This document shows, piece after piece, positions 26,848-36,140 of a stretch of DNA of 39,161 nucleotides. This DNA is from a virus. Lineage: Duplodnaviria > Caudoviricetes. The DNA is taken from IMG/VR virus record IMGVR_UViG_3300038334_000131, positions 1 to 39,161 of that record; one strand, given 5' to 3'. Under the pieces are notes generated by a model, which had not been told where the DNA came from, did not search any database, and was given only the letters and a program-made list of their open reading frames with translations. Positions within the stretch are counted from its first letter, which is position 1; the number at the start of each line of letters is the position of its first letter. The translations under genes were made by a program, and so were the position numbers.

Positions 26848-27413
26848 TACTTATGATATTTATAAGGCCGTTCGTGGCCTTTGGTTTTTTTTTCAACGTA
26901 AGGCTCAACCAGATTGGGCAGCATTGTTATTTCAATCGATTCGCGCAAATCGGCTGAAATACGAGACAGCTCGGGGCCGCTATCTTCACTAGAAATTACC
27001 ACAATTTGGCCGACTGCGGCTGTTAATTTCGATAGCATTTCAACTGAGGGATGAGCACCTACAATACAAACGCCCCTTTGTGCTAAGTCGTAACTGTCGG
27101 CAGCTGCGCGCAATTGATTGAACTCAATTACAGGAACCTGGCACTCGGCCAAATCAGGGCTAATTAAAGCCCCATCAATGTACACCGTTTTACCATTCAA
27201 GGTCTCAACAAAAGTGCGGGCTCCACCATATATTTTCATTTGCGGAACTTCGCCCAAACTTACGCGCCTGGCATAGTTCATAATATCGCTGGCCAGCTTG
27301 TGCCTGTCGCCAATCCAATCCATCCCCGAATCATCGGCCCAGCGGCTTGCTACCTCTCTGGCCTCGTCGGTTATTTTATCCATAGGAATAAGTTTGTAGT
27401 CGTTTAGATTCAT
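26847..27413 (-). CDS. Hypothetical phage protein
   Basis: 188 aa ORF in early operon. Confidence 0.7.
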   Translation of the reverse strand: MNLNDYKLIPMDKITDEAREVASRWADDSGMDWIGDRHKLASDIMNYARRVSLGEVPQMKIYGGARTFVETLNGKTVYIDGALISPDLAECQVPVIEFNQLRAAADSYDLAQRGVCIVGAHPSVEMLSKLTAAVGQIVVISSEDSGPELSRISADLRESIEITMLPNLVEPYVEKKTKGHERPYKYHK

Positions 27414-27451
27414 AGCTCTATTTTAATTTTGGTTAAACAATCATTGAACGC

Positions 27452-27503
27452 TTTACAACGCCACCTAAAAAGCATTAAAACGCTGTTTAGTTGGTGAGTT
27501 GTA
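27452..27503. repeat. attC-like imperfect palindrome
   Basis: TACAAC...CACCTAAAAAGCATTAAAACGCTGTTTAGTTGGTG...GTTGTA. Confidence 0.55.
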
Positions 27504-27523
27504 CGCAATTAGCCCACGCACAA

Positions 27524-27973
27524 CTAATCTATGTACCCATTGCTTAAATCCCAACTAAATTTAATCTGCATCATTTCAATGTAGCGTTTGCCTGTTTTGC
27601 TCACAAATATACGTTCATCTTCCAAAGTCGGCTTGTACTTTGAGTACCTAAGCAACCACCGAAAGGCTATGGCGTTTAAGTAGTGGTTATCTAACCTGTC
27701 TTCATCTGTTGTTAATATACTGCTGTATTTACCTTTTTTAGCATCTTTCGCCAAACCTTTCTCAATACCCCTCATGGTATTTATCACAAACTTGCGGTAT
27801 TTCTTGCGGTTAAAAGCCCAAGCCTTACGGTACAGCTTATTCTTGCGTTCTGTCGTTGTTTTGGCATTTCCTTGCCCACGCACTTTAAAAGCGTACAACA
27901 CCAAATATAGCGCATTGCGCAAGCGTTTAATTAAGTTCTTCATGTCTTTAAATTTTGTATGTTTAATAATCAT
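27524..27973 (-). CDS. Basic hypothetical protein in cassette-like insert
   Basis: Lys/Arg-rich ORF bounded by ACAAC/GTTGT arms; start may be internal (MKNLIK). Confidence 0.6.
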   Translation of the reverse strand: MIIKHTKFKDMKNLIKRLRNALYLVLYAFKVRGQGNAKTTTERKNKLYRKAWAFNRKKYRKFVINTMRGIEKGLAKDAKKGKYSSILTTDEDRLDNHYLNAIAFRWLLRYSKYKPTLEDERIFVSKTGKRYIEMMQIKFSWDLSNGYID

Positions 27974-28022
27974 TGTACTAATTTGGTTGGCGCAACGAAC
28001 GCCATATTATCCACGTTGTAAA

Positions 28023-28406
28023 TCATTCGTCTATAAACTTACGCAGGCGTTTTACAGGTACTCCCAAATCATAATACTCAAACACCTCGCGGTACTTTTT
28101 CCGGTATTCCACGTCAGTCTCGAGTAAATTACTCACCGTTTTGCAGGCATGTAGTACCGTAGCGTGGTCTTTACCGCCGCAGGTAAGTCCAATCTTGGCA
28201 AGACTGGCTTTTGTACACTGCTTGCTTATATACATGGCTATCTGCCTGGCTTCCACAATATGGCGGTCGCGTAGCTTTACATCAATAAGCTCGCCCACTC
28301 CGGTTAACTCGGCTACCTTTAGCTTTATTCCCATAACGCTATTGTCCTTTATTATTCCGGGTATGGCATACGCGCCAACCCTACTTTTTAAGGCTATCGC
28401 TGGCAT
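28023..28406 (-). CDS. DnaA C-terminal (domain IV) HTH protein
   Basis: RDRHIVEARQIAMYI..SLAKIG...GGKDHATVLHACKTV. Confidence 0.9.
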   Translation of the reverse strand: MPAIALKSRVGAYAIPGIIKDNSVMGIKLKVAELTGVGELIDVKLRDRHIVEARQIAMYISKQCTKASLAKIGLTCGGKDHATVLHACKTVSNLLETDVEYRKKYREVFEYYDLGVPVKRLRKFIDE

Positions 28407-28728
28407 CGTTCAAAGTCCTTTCAATTCGTTCATTTATAACTTCCTGCGCATCGCGCCCGCTTAATTCCTTAGCGACCATATTTTCAAACTGGGTAACCAG
28501 CTTGGGCAGCTCGGCAGGCGTGTAATAATTCAAAGGCTTATGCAGATAGCTGTATTTGTTCATCCAGCCATCTAAAGCCACAAAGTTCACGGTAACGCGC
28601 CCGCCATGCGTTGGGTATGTCCACCCCAGCTCGTGGCATAGGCTTAGTATTTTGCGACGCTGGGTTTGCCCGCGGTCAAAATCGGCTTTGCTTTGTCGTT
28701 TAAAAGGCGCCATTCCAAAGGGTATCAA
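28381..28728 (-). CDS. Hypothetical protein, GemA/DUF1018-like
   Basis: QRRKILSLCHELGW...KPLNYYTPAELPKLVTQFE. Confidence 0.55.
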   Translation of the reverse strand: MIPFGMAPFKRQSKADFDRGQTQRRKILSLCHELGWTYPTHGGRVTVNFVALDGWMNKYSYLHKPLNYYTPAELPKLVTQFENMVAKELSGRDAQEVINERIERTLNDASDSLKK

Positions 28729-29224
28729 ATGTTTCTAAAAAAAACTCATAGGCATCCTCCGGGTTAAGCTGTGGAAACAGGCTCTCGGTACCATAAAAAG
28801 CACCAAATTCCATTTCAAGACTTTTCCGGTCGTAGGGTTTTACCTCGCGCATCAGGTGCATGGGCAATTTAAAATTATCGAATACTGCCTTTAAAATATT
28901 TTCCTCAATAACACTAAACTGAGGCAACGCCTTTTTAAGCGGTGTAATCATATCGCCAAGGTAACTCTCAGCGGCGTCGTGTAATAAGCCGGCAAGCGCC
29001 AGTTTTATATTTCCGGGCTGGCCGTTTGTTATTAAATCGGCCACTAAAACGGAGTGCTGAGCAATTGAAAAATACTGGGGGGTTTGCCCCGCCCAGCGGC
29101 CTTTAAATGCCAGACCGCGGGCAATGTCTCTAATGTCAATCATGTCGGGCGTTGGCCTGAACAGATTAAACTCAAGGCCCATAAAAGTGTTTATGATGCC
29201 GCTGGTGTTGTTTAAACTTACCAT
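28700..29224 (-). CDS. HD-domain phosphohydrolase (YfbR-like)
   Basis: DIRDIARGLA, FSIAQHS, LLHDAAESYLGD. Confidence 0.9.
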   Translation of the reverse strand: MVSLNNTSGIINTFMGLEFNLFRPTPDMIDIRDIARGLAFKGRWAGQTPQYFSIAQHSVLVADLITNGQPGNIKLALAGLLHDAAESYLGDMITPLKKALPQFSVIEENILKAVFDNFKLPMHLMREVKPYDRKSLEMEFGAFYGTESLFPQLNPEDAYEFFLETFDTLWNGAF

Positions 29225-29382
29225 AGTTCGTCTATTTTAGTTAATAAATACTGTTTGCGTAGCTCAAGCCTTACCCAATCGTCAATGTCAAGCATACCGT
29301 CGGGCAGACCTTTTAAATCCATCATTAAGTTTATAAAGCCCACTTCAACCCAAAGGGGAAGGGCTAAGAACATTTGTTTCAT
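29218..29382 (-). CDS. Small 54 aa hypothetical protein (not in ORF track)
   Basis: MKQMFLALPLWVEVGF...KIDELW*; overlaps both neighbours and fills the gap. Confidence 0.6.
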   Translation of the reverse strand: MKQMFLALPLWVEVGFINLMMDLKGLPDGMLDIDDWVRLELRKQYLLTKIDELW

Positions 29383-29771
29383 AGGCTTAGTTTTAGTTGG
29401 TTTGCAATGGGTTTTCTTATATTAAACTGCTCATAGTAGGCAGTTCTCAGCTTCTCTCTAATTTCTATCCGAACCTCAGCCGAAACATTAAACCGATCGG
29501 CTATAAAATTATGCTCCAACACTTTTTCAATATCCCCGTAGTAGGGTTTCTCGTCAATTAAGTACGAGTATTTGGTAAACATCCGTATCGCTATCTCAGC
29601 GGGCATTATTTCAGCCTCCGCCTGCTGGCGAACATAAACCACTCTTATGCGTCGTTCAATCCACTCCTCGTTAGCTCTCGAATTATTGGCAGCATTCTCA
29701 AAATAAACAGCCATTTCGCGCTTACGAACCACCTTTGGGGTTAACTTACTGTATCCGTACCAAACTCTCAT
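29379..29771 (-). CDS. Hypothetical protein (start revised to MRVWYG)
   Basis: ATG lies immediately after the stop of 29773..30108; the longer start overlaps that gene. Confidence 0.65.
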   Translation of the reverse strand: MRVWYGYSKLTPKVVRKREMAVYFENAANNSRANEEWIERRIRVVYVRQQAEAEIMPAEIAIRMFTKYSYLIDEKPYYGDIEKVLEHNFIADRFNVSAEVRIEIREKLRTAYYEQFNIRKPIANQLKLSL

Positions 29772-29772
29772 A

Positions 29773-30108
29773 CTAAAACAGTATATCGTAAAAGCCATTA
29801 CTGCCGGTTTGCGCAAGCAAAACCGAACAATTAACCCACGAAAGACACACAAACCATCCCTCGTCGGCACTATTCTTTTCTCCGTCGTCAACACCAAACA
29901 AAAGGTCGCTACCCACGCGGCCAGCATACACCAGCTCAGCATCGCTAATGGCAAATGAAGTCCTGCTTTTGCTTCCTAGCTGGGTAAAACGACAGCCAAC
30001 GGCAATAAGGGTGTTCAAACCCCATTCAAACGGGAGTTCCTGAACCTCGTCGGGCTCACATTTTACCCAGTTAATACCTTTGTAAATCACGTGTTCCATA
30101 ACTTTCAA
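29773..30108 (-). CDS. Hypothetical protein
   Basis: Operon-packed ORF. Confidence 0.6.
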   Translation of the reverse strand: MKVMEHVIYKGINWVKCEPDEVQELPFEWGLNTLIAVGCRFTQLGSKSRTSFAISDAELVYAGRVGSDLLFGVDDGEKNSADEGWFVCLSWVNCSVLLAQTGSNGFYDILF

Positions 30109-30119
30109 CTTTTAACTCC

Positions 30120-30172
30120 AAGTACTCTAGTCACTTTAAGTACTTTAGTCACTTTAAGTACTCTAAGTACTT
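30120..30172. repeat. 9 bp-period tandem repeat
   Basis: aagtactct agtcacttt aagtacttt agtcacttt aagtactct aagtactt. Confidence 0.85.
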
Positions 30173-30177
30173 CTTTT

Positions 30178-30222
30178 TGCTCCCCGTGGCGGAGTCGAAC
30201 CGCCACTTTCGACCATCGGGGA
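30178..30222 (-). ncRNA. tRNA-like minihelix (acceptor stem plus T-arm only)
   Basis: TCCCCG-ATGGTCGAAAG-TGGCGG-TTCGACT-CCGCCA-CGGGGA-GCA on the minus strand. Confidence 0.6.
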
Positions 30223-30229
30223 TAACCCG

Positions 30230-30583
30230 CTACTTTGCAGCTCGGGTAATAATTGCGTAAAAACCACCTTCAATAGGCTCGGTGGCCAGCATCATGTTGG
30301 CCTTTTCGCTTTTATCAATGCTTTTTAATAGACTCCTGGCAACAGATGCACAATTACAAAGCATTCCGCCAGCACTATTCTGCCTAAGCTTTACGCCTTT
30401 CTCCTTTTTCAAATACCAGTCGGCGCTTGCTTTTTCATCCTGGTAAAAAGCAACCTCGTCGCCCGATTTTAGCCCAAGAGTAAGCGCGGCAACCTTGCTT
30501 ATAGTTATTACTCCCTTAATGGTTACCGACACTGTGCTCTCGCCTTTTCTCGAGCGCTGGTGTGTTCTGTTAATCAATTCCAT
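30230..30583 (-). CDS. Hypothetical phage protein (AbrB-like beta fold possible)
   Basis: GVITISKVAALTLGLKSGDEVAFYQD. Confidence 0.7.
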   Translation of the reverse strand: MELINRTHQRSRKGESTVSVTIKGVITISKVAALTLGLKSGDEVAFYQDEKASADWYLKKEKGVKLRQNSAGGMLCNCASVARSLLKSIDKSEKANMMLATEPIEGGFYAIITRAAK

Positions 30584-30599
30584 AACATTAGTTTTTAAG

Positions 30600-31256
30600 T
30601 TAGTCTAACGAAGCCTCGGTAATACCAAGCGGCAACGTAAGCCATTCGTTGTCTTTTTCGCGGCGGTACCGGGCAATCATGTACATTTTGGTTTTAATGG
30701 GCTTATAGGCGTCAATAATAATTTGAACGTTGTCAATAAAATCCTTGTCGCCGTGCTCGTTCGCCATCTGTAAAAGCTGCATCACCTTGCGCGCGTTCAG
30801 CGTTCCCTTGGCATCGCGGCTAAGCAGCTTTTTCGCCATTTTAACAAGCATCTTGCTGTCTTTATCAATGCCCAGCTTATTAAGGAACTTGTTTACACCA
30901 TCAACACCAGCCGTGTGGCTGTCGTCAAAACTATCAACCACATGGAACCCAATAATAATGCGGTAATTACCATCTTTCGTGGTAAACGTGTGCGAGTACT
31001 GCTCGTCGCTGCCGTCGTAAACCTGCTTTTTAAGCTCAATAATGTCGGCAAACATGGCGTACACCTTCTTTTTTGCCTTACTTAAAAAGTCGCTTACCTC
31101 AAGCAGTATCTCAAAACCCTCCTTCACACTCTCGTCAGTAAGGTCTTTAAGCGTGTTACGCTCTTCTTTTTTTGCTGCAATCTCGGCAGCTTCAAGCGCT
31201 TTCAGCTCATCAAGCTGCTTGCGCTGTTCCGGTGTTAATACTAAACTCTTTGTCAT
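30600..31256 (-). CDS. DUF3164-like protein (Mu Gam position)
   Basis: QYSHTFTTKDG, LLSRDAKGTLNARKV, W.TLPL. Confidence 0.8.
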   Translation of the reverse strand: MTKSLVLTPEQRKQLDELKALEAAEIAAKKEERNTLKDLTDESVKEGFEILLEVSDFLSKAKKKVYAMFADIIELKKQVYDGSDEQYSHTFTTKDGNYRIIIGFHVVDSFDDSHTAGVDGVNKFLNKLGIDKDSKMLVKMAKKLLSRDAKGTLNARKVMQLLQMANEHGDKDFIDNVQIIIDAYKPIKTKMYMIARYRREKDNEWLTLPLGITEASLD

Positions 31257-31267
31257 ATCTCTAATTT

Positions 31268-31522
31268 TTAAAATGAATAATGCAATGCAACAATGGGGGC
31301 CGCTAAGGCGGGTATTCCCCCGGTTTTTTTCTTGGTAATCTGGCGGCTAAGCCGGCCTTTTAAGCTGTCAACCTTACACTCGGCTGCGCGTAGCTTGCTC
31401 AACTGGCTTTCAAAAGCAGGGTCGCTGTAGCTGTTTTCGTCAAACCAAAGCAGCAGACTCTCTTTGCGCTGCTCGGCCTGCTTTAACTGCTCTTTAATGC
31501 TTTTTAAATGCTCGTTCCACAT
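31268..31522 (-). CDS. Hypothetical coiled-coil protein
   Basis: Operon-packed ORF. Confidence 0.6.
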   Translation of the reverse strand: MWNEHLKSIKEQLKQAEQRKESLLLWFDENSYSDPAFESQLSKLRAAECKVDSLKGRLSRQITKKKTGGIPALAAPIVALHYSF

Positions 31523-31526
31523 AACT

Positions 31527-31877
31527 TTACTTTTTAATTGTTTGTAAATGCTGAATTTTCTCTACCAGGGTGCCTGGGAAAGCCATAATGCCTACGTGGC
31601 ACTGCTTATAGAACTCGAGTAATTGCGCGGGCGAATAGCGGTTTAAGGCAAACACCTGGCACGAGTTCAAAAAAAACATATCGGCTATCCCAAACTGGTT
31701 GCGCCACCAAACCCAGTAAGCAGGCGTTTGGTGCAACACATCAACCACCGCAACATTATAGCCCTTGGCTTGCATAAAGTCGTAGCTATACTCCAACACA
31801 TTCAGGTAATACTGCTCCTCGCTTAAGCCAAGGAGCCTCATTACTTCTTTCCTGATGTTCTTTGCGCGCGTTTCCAT
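31527..31877 (-). CDS. Hypothetical phage protein
   Basis: YWVWWRNQF motif; operon-packed. Confidence 0.7.
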   Translation of the reverse strand: METRAKNIRKEVMRLLGLSEEQYYLNVLEYSYDFMQAKGYNVAVVDVLHQTPAYWVWWRNQFGIADMFFLNSCQVFALNRYSPAQLLEFYKQCHVGIMAFPGTLVEKIQHLQTIKK

Positions 31878-31884
31878 ATCCCTG

Positions 31885-32511
31885 TTAAAATAATGAGCCC
31901 TGGGTTGTTAACTGGCCGGGCACAAATAAGCGCTGGCTCACCGGCTTGCTTAAATAGCGCCCGTGGCTGTGGCAAGTGCCGTTTTTAAAAAACAGCTTTA
32001 TATCGCTGGCATGTAGCAGGTCAATAGCTCCGGCTCCGGCAGGTTTACCCTGGCTTTGGCCAAAGCTTACCAGCACTATGCTCAGATGCCGCTTTTTAAA
32101 GCGCTCGCGCATTTCCTTAAGCTGCTCAAAGGTGAAATTCATGTATTGAACGCTGTCAACAACCACCAGTCGGTAGTAATTACGCTCAATTTTGTGGCAC
32201 ATTTGCTCATAATCCAACTTATTACCCACCCACAGCTTGGGGCTTTTTATGTCAAAATCGGTAATCCGGTCTTTAATGGTCTGGTTTACACCTTCCTCGT
32301 GGCTATTGTAAAGCACCTTACCATAGTAGTGCGAGTAGTAGTCGGCAAACTGAAGCGTAAACACCGACTTTCCCGACCCGCTCTCGCCATACATCATGGC
32401 AGTAAACCGGTTTTCAGGCCTCCCCATCAATGGGCTGTATTTTCCCAGGTCAAGAATCTTATAATTCCGCTCCTGGATGCTCTTTATATTATAGATATTC
32501 CGGGCTGCCAT
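31885..32511 (-). CDS. RecA/Sms-like P-loop ATPase
   Basis: GESGSGKS Walker A, LYNSHEEG, VVVDSVQY Walker B. Confidence 0.85.
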   Translation of the reverse strand: MAARNIYNIKSIQERNYKILDLGKYSPLMGRPENRFTAMMYGESGSGKSVFTLQFADYYSHYYGKVLYNSHEEGVNQTIKDRITDFDIKSPKLWVGNKLDYEQMCHKIERNYYRLVVVDSVQYMNFTFEQLKEMRERFKKRHLSIVLVSFGQSQGKPAGAGAIDLLHASDIKLFFKNGTCHSHGRYLSKPVSQRLFVPGQLTTQGSLF

Positions 32512-33359
32512 TACTCGTTTGCGTTATAGTTTTCGTCCTTTTTCAGCTTATGAATCATGCGGGCAACCTGCCTTAAGTCGCCTTTGCTTGCGCCGATAAT
32601 CGCGCTAATATGCTCCGGGTTGCTTACATCGTTGGCCTTACACACCGCGCCAACATCGTTACTGCTTACCGGGGTAAGTGGAATAAACTCACCACCCAAA
32701 CGGCTGTAAATCTCCTGGTAAGCCTGCTTATTGCGGCTTACACCTTTCTCAATCCGTATTTTAAAGTATGGGGCGCCACATAGAATAAAGCCGCAACGCT
32801 CCTGGGTTCGGTTGAATAGGGTTTTAAACATATTCAAAGCCGGGTCTTTAAGCTTGTCAGCCTCGTCAATAATAAGCAGGGGGTTGCGCTTGCGGTTCAG
32901 CACTTCAACCACCGTCTCAACCATTTCGTGGACGGTTCCCTCTACGGTAACGCCCAGGCTTGAGCCAATTTTTTGCAGAAAAATTTTCTTAGTCCAGTAC
33001 TCGTCGCACTCAACATAAGCCACTTCCTTGGTGGTGGCAGTATAATGCTTAAGCGCGAAGCTTTTACCACTACCCGGGGCAAAACTAAAAGCCAGGGCCA
33101 CGTGATTGCTTTGCGCATCCTGGCAAAGCGCATAAATTTTAGCCAGGTTAGCCGTTTTAGCCGGTTGCCATTTGCTGGCCATGCCGCAATAAACCATCAC
33201 CTTGCGCCAAATCTGGTCACCTACTATGTCCCACTTATCGTTTAGTATATTGCTCACATTAGCCGAGCTAATGCCGATAAGCGGAGCTACTTTGTTACCC
33301 GAAAGTTGTAAACTTTCCATTTTTTGTACTAATGCGTTTTTAACACTAACTTTGTCCAT
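32511..33359 (-). CDS. MuB-like AAA ATPase with N-terminal HTH
   Basis: APGSGKS, LLIIDEADKL, YSRLG, GDLRQV. Confidence 0.9.
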   Translation of the reverse strand: MDKVSVKNALVQKMESLQLSGNKVAPLIGISSANVSNILNDKWDIVGDQIWRKVMVYCGMASKWQPAKTANLAKIYALCQDAQSNHVALAFSFAPGSGKSFALKHYTATTKEVAYVECDEYWTKKIFLQKIGSSLGVTVEGTVHEMVETVVEVLNRKRNPLLIIDEADKLKDPALNMFKTLFNRTQERCGFILCGAPYFKIRIEKGVSRNKQAYQEIYSRLGGEFIPLTPVSSNDVGAVCKANDVSNPEHISAIIGASKGDLRQVARMIHKLKKDENYNANE

Positions 33360-33417
33360 AATTCAAAATTTTAATTATTAATACTGTTTTTGAACCGGGG
33401 GCGGGCCTGCTCCCGGT

Positions 33418-33687
33418 TTACTTATATTTATTTATTAGCATTTCTTTTATGCGCTTAGCTTCATTCAGCGCGTCAATAGCCTTGTCGTAGCGCTTAATCT
33501 CTTTAGCGCTCATCACATCGTGAACCACGTACGATCCAATCTTTGGGTAATAATAGAACCCGGCAGTTTTACTGTTGAACATCGGAGCAGCCAGGGGCAT
33601 CCCGCTGGCAATTTCAAGCTCGCGCTCCTTTTCAGGCATCTGCTCAAGCCTGAAAAGCTTTACTTTGTTTGAGGTTTGTACATACAT
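33418..33687 (-). CDS. Hypothetical protein
   Basis: ORF between transposase and MuB. Confidence 0.6.
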   Translation of the reverse strand: MYVQTSNKVKLFRLEQMPEKERELEIASGMPLAAPMFNSKTAGFYYYPKIGSYVVHDVMSAKEIKRYDKAIDALNEAKRIKEMLINKYK

Positions 33688-33737
33688 TTTTCTAGTTATT
33701 AGTTATTAATTATTCACTATTCACTATTCACTTTTCA

Positions 33738-35816
33738 CTAATCAATTCCCGGTATTTTAATCCGCTCAGCCTCGCGTTCCCAGGCATCCTTTTCAGGAGT
33801 TACGCCCATTTCCTTTAGCAGGAAGTCGCTTTCAGCATGCTCCTTAATGCCTTTCGGCTCGTGGGGAGTCAATGCGGTAACTTCGGCATGGTCGCTGTAA
33901 TCGGGTTCGGGCAAGGCTGGTCTTTGCAGTCCGGGAGCCTCCTCTATCATGCGGGCGCGTTCCACCTTACGCGTGGTTTCAATAGCCTTGCGGGCTGCTT
34001 TCAATTTTGCATAGGGTTTGTGGTCGGCGTCGGGGCCGTAGCCAATAGCCGGGGTGTATCGCTTGGCTGTGCGCACAAAGGCGCTGGTTTCAAGGTCAAA
34101 AATATAGAGTTGTTCCAGGTTAAACGGGTCGTATCGCACTTCAAACTTTTGGCCGGTGTAGTTTTTTACAAACTTAAAGTCGTCAATCGGGTAATAAAGT
34201 GGTTCCCGCAGCACTTCCATGCTAAACATTTGCTGTTTAAAGGTTAGTTCGTTGCGCAGATAAAAAAGGCGAACCATATCAATAGGCTCAAGGGCTATCT
34301 GGTTAGGTTTATCGCTGGCCGCATGCAATTGTGCCGGGCTGGCTTGCAGCTTGGCAAATTTACGCGAGTAAGTATTTAGTGGCGTGTGCCGGTATGCCTG
34401 CATTACCTTCACAGCCTCGCTAATTGCACCCTCTAATTCAAAACCGGCCTTTTTGGCTTCTTTCAGTGTGCGCTGTATGTGTTCCTCAGTCCGGTGAGCG
34501 CTTGGGCGGGTACTTTTTACGCCCTCGCCATAGTACAGCTCACTGGCGGCCATAAACACACTTTGAACGGTACCAAAGCTTCGCTCAACCTGAGCCTTAC
34601 CCGTACTTTTCGAGCTTTCAATTACCGTAACGCCATAGCGGTTTTTCAACTGTTCAACCAGGTGCAGCCACTCTTTGGTATTGTGCCCGGGGAACCGGTC
34701 GAGTACCAGCGTATGAGGCAAAGCGCCGGTATTCATGCAAGCAGCATGCAGGGCGGCGGCATAAGCCCATCGGCTTTCCGTGTAACCGTAGTATTCGCCC
34801 AGGTAATCACCCGAGTGTGCATCATAAACAGCCACTATATAAAGGAACATGTCCTTTTTTTGTCCGTTTTTTGCAACCGCCCGGTGGGGTATCATATTAA
34901 TACGGGTACCGTCCATCTGCCAAACGTCATTCGCATGCAGCGGGCGGGCCATCGGCGTAATGCCGTTAAATTTCGAGCTAAAGCGGCTATTATCACCATA
35001 GCGGGCGTTTGCGCTTAAAAAGCTAATATCGCGGGCATTTACCCAGTTTTGCAGGGTACTTTGGCTCGGTATCTTGTCAAATTGCTGAATTTCGCAGTTA
35101 CGTAGGAGTGTGCGTACAATCATAGCGTCGGTGTAATTGTGCCCATCCATTAATTGAAGCATCCAGCCGCGTATCGTTTCAAGGGTTTGGGCGTCGCTTT
35201 GCCGGTACAAAGCCCGGTTATTATTCCCCGCGCGGGGCACTGTTACAATCTCGTTAATGGGGGTTCCTTCAAAGTAGGCTTTTACCTTTTCCGCCAGGCG
35301 GCGGGCGTTGCTGGGCTTTTGTCCGTATTTGTCAAAAATAAGTCCCAGTTCGTTATAAAAAGTAAGGCTGTTGGGTTTAATGTTATTCGCCTTCATGTAG
35401 TTTGCCGCGGCCACAATCGCGCTGGCATTCTTAGCGGTTTTCTCCTTCTGCTCCGGTTTAAAGCCGTCGTAATAGCGGGTAAACCCATGATAATTATTTA
35501 TAGCCTCTAAAACAGCCAACTCAAGCGCCTCGGCTTTTGCCTCCTTTTCATTGGCCCGGTTGTTTTCATGCGCCGTTTTAATCCAGTCAGCAGGTTCCAT
35601 GCCTTGGCAAAGCTTCTCTTTTATGCTTTGCTGATACTCAGTCTTAAGTCCGGCATAGTGAATGTAAATAGTCCGTCCCTCTTTGTGATGCGGCCAGCAA
35701 GAAACAACACCCTGGCGGTGTTGGCTTAATGCCTTTTTAAGGTAGTTCTCACTCACGCCAATCGAGGCGAGCTCGGGAACAGTAACACATATTATATTTT
35801 GCTGTAGCCCCGGCAT
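33738..35816 (-). CDS. MuA-like DDE transposase
   Basis: WQMDGT (D), VYDAHSG, VLDRFPG (D), KAQVERSF (E), VRYDPFNL C-terminal motif. Confidence 0.92.
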   Translation of the reverse strand: MPGLQQNIICVTVPELASIGVSENYLKKALSQHRQGVVSCWPHHKEGRTIYIHYAGLKTEYQQSIKEKLCQGMEPADWIKTAHENNRANEKEAKAEALELAVLEAINNYHGFTRYYDGFKPEQKEKTAKNASAIVAAANYMKANNIKPNSLTFYNELGLIFDKYGQKPSNARRLAEKVKAYFEGTPINEIVTVPRAGNNNRALYRQSDAQTLETIRGWMLQLMDGHNYTDAMIVRTLLRNCEIQQFDKIPSQSTLQNWVNARDISFLSANARYGDNSRFSSKFNGITPMARPLHANDVWQMDGTRINMIPHRAVAKNGQKKDMFLYIVAVYDAHSGDYLGEYYGYTESRWAYAAALHAACMNTGALPHTLVLDRFPGHNTKEWLHLVEQLKNRYGVTVIESSKSTGKAQVERSFGTVQSVFMAASELYYGEGVKSTRPSAHRTEEHIQRTLKEAKKAGFELEGAISEAVKVMQAYRHTPLNTYSRKFAKLQASPAQLHAASDKPNQIALEPIDMVRLFYLRNELTFKQQMFSMEVLREPLYYPIDDFKFVKNYTGQKFEVRYDPFNLEQLYIFDLETSAFVRTAKRYTPAIGYGPDADHKPYAKLKAARKAIETTRKVERARMIEEAPGLQRPALPEPDYSDHAEVTALTPHEPKGIKEHAESDFLLKEMGVTPEKDAWEREAERIKIPGID

Positions 35817-35885
35817 AACTAGCAGAAAATTCTATTGTTTGTAGTTTTTGAAACCACATTTTGTAGTGTTCTCATGCAAATTTTT

Positions 35886-36110
35886 TTAAGCTAGTTCAAG
35901 TTTTTGATTATTTATAGAGGCCAGTTTTTTAGCAAACTCCAATATTTCGGCACCTTTACCCCGCATAGCTATTCTGTTTCCATTCAATAAATGACTGATG
36001 TAGCTTTCTGATACGTCAAATTTAGTTATCAATAGCTTGCGGTCATCAGCGCTTAATTGGTCGCCCAGGGCTTTAGCTTCTGTGTTAAAATATTTTTTGT
36101 TGGTATGCAT
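35886..36110 (-). CDS. Ner/Cro-like HTH protein
   Basis: FDVSESYISHLLNGNR; divergent from repressor. Confidence 0.8.
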   Translation of the reverse strand: MHTNKKYFNTEAKALGDQLSADDRKLLITKFDVSESYISHLLNGNRIAMRGKGAEILEFAKKLASINNQKLELA

Positions 36111-36140
36111 TTTTTAAATAGTTTTGTAAATAATACTTGA

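Noticed and set aside
29772-29954. Long N-terminus of ORF 29379..29954
   Set aside because: Overlaps gene 29773..30108 in another frame; the ATG at 29771 fits operon packing
30178-30230. Full tRNA gene or attachment site
   Set aside because: D and anticodon arms are missing, and the element is internal to a transposable phage
33393-33418. GC hairpin before MuB as a terminator
   Set aside because: No U-tract on the sense strand; at most a stability or processing element
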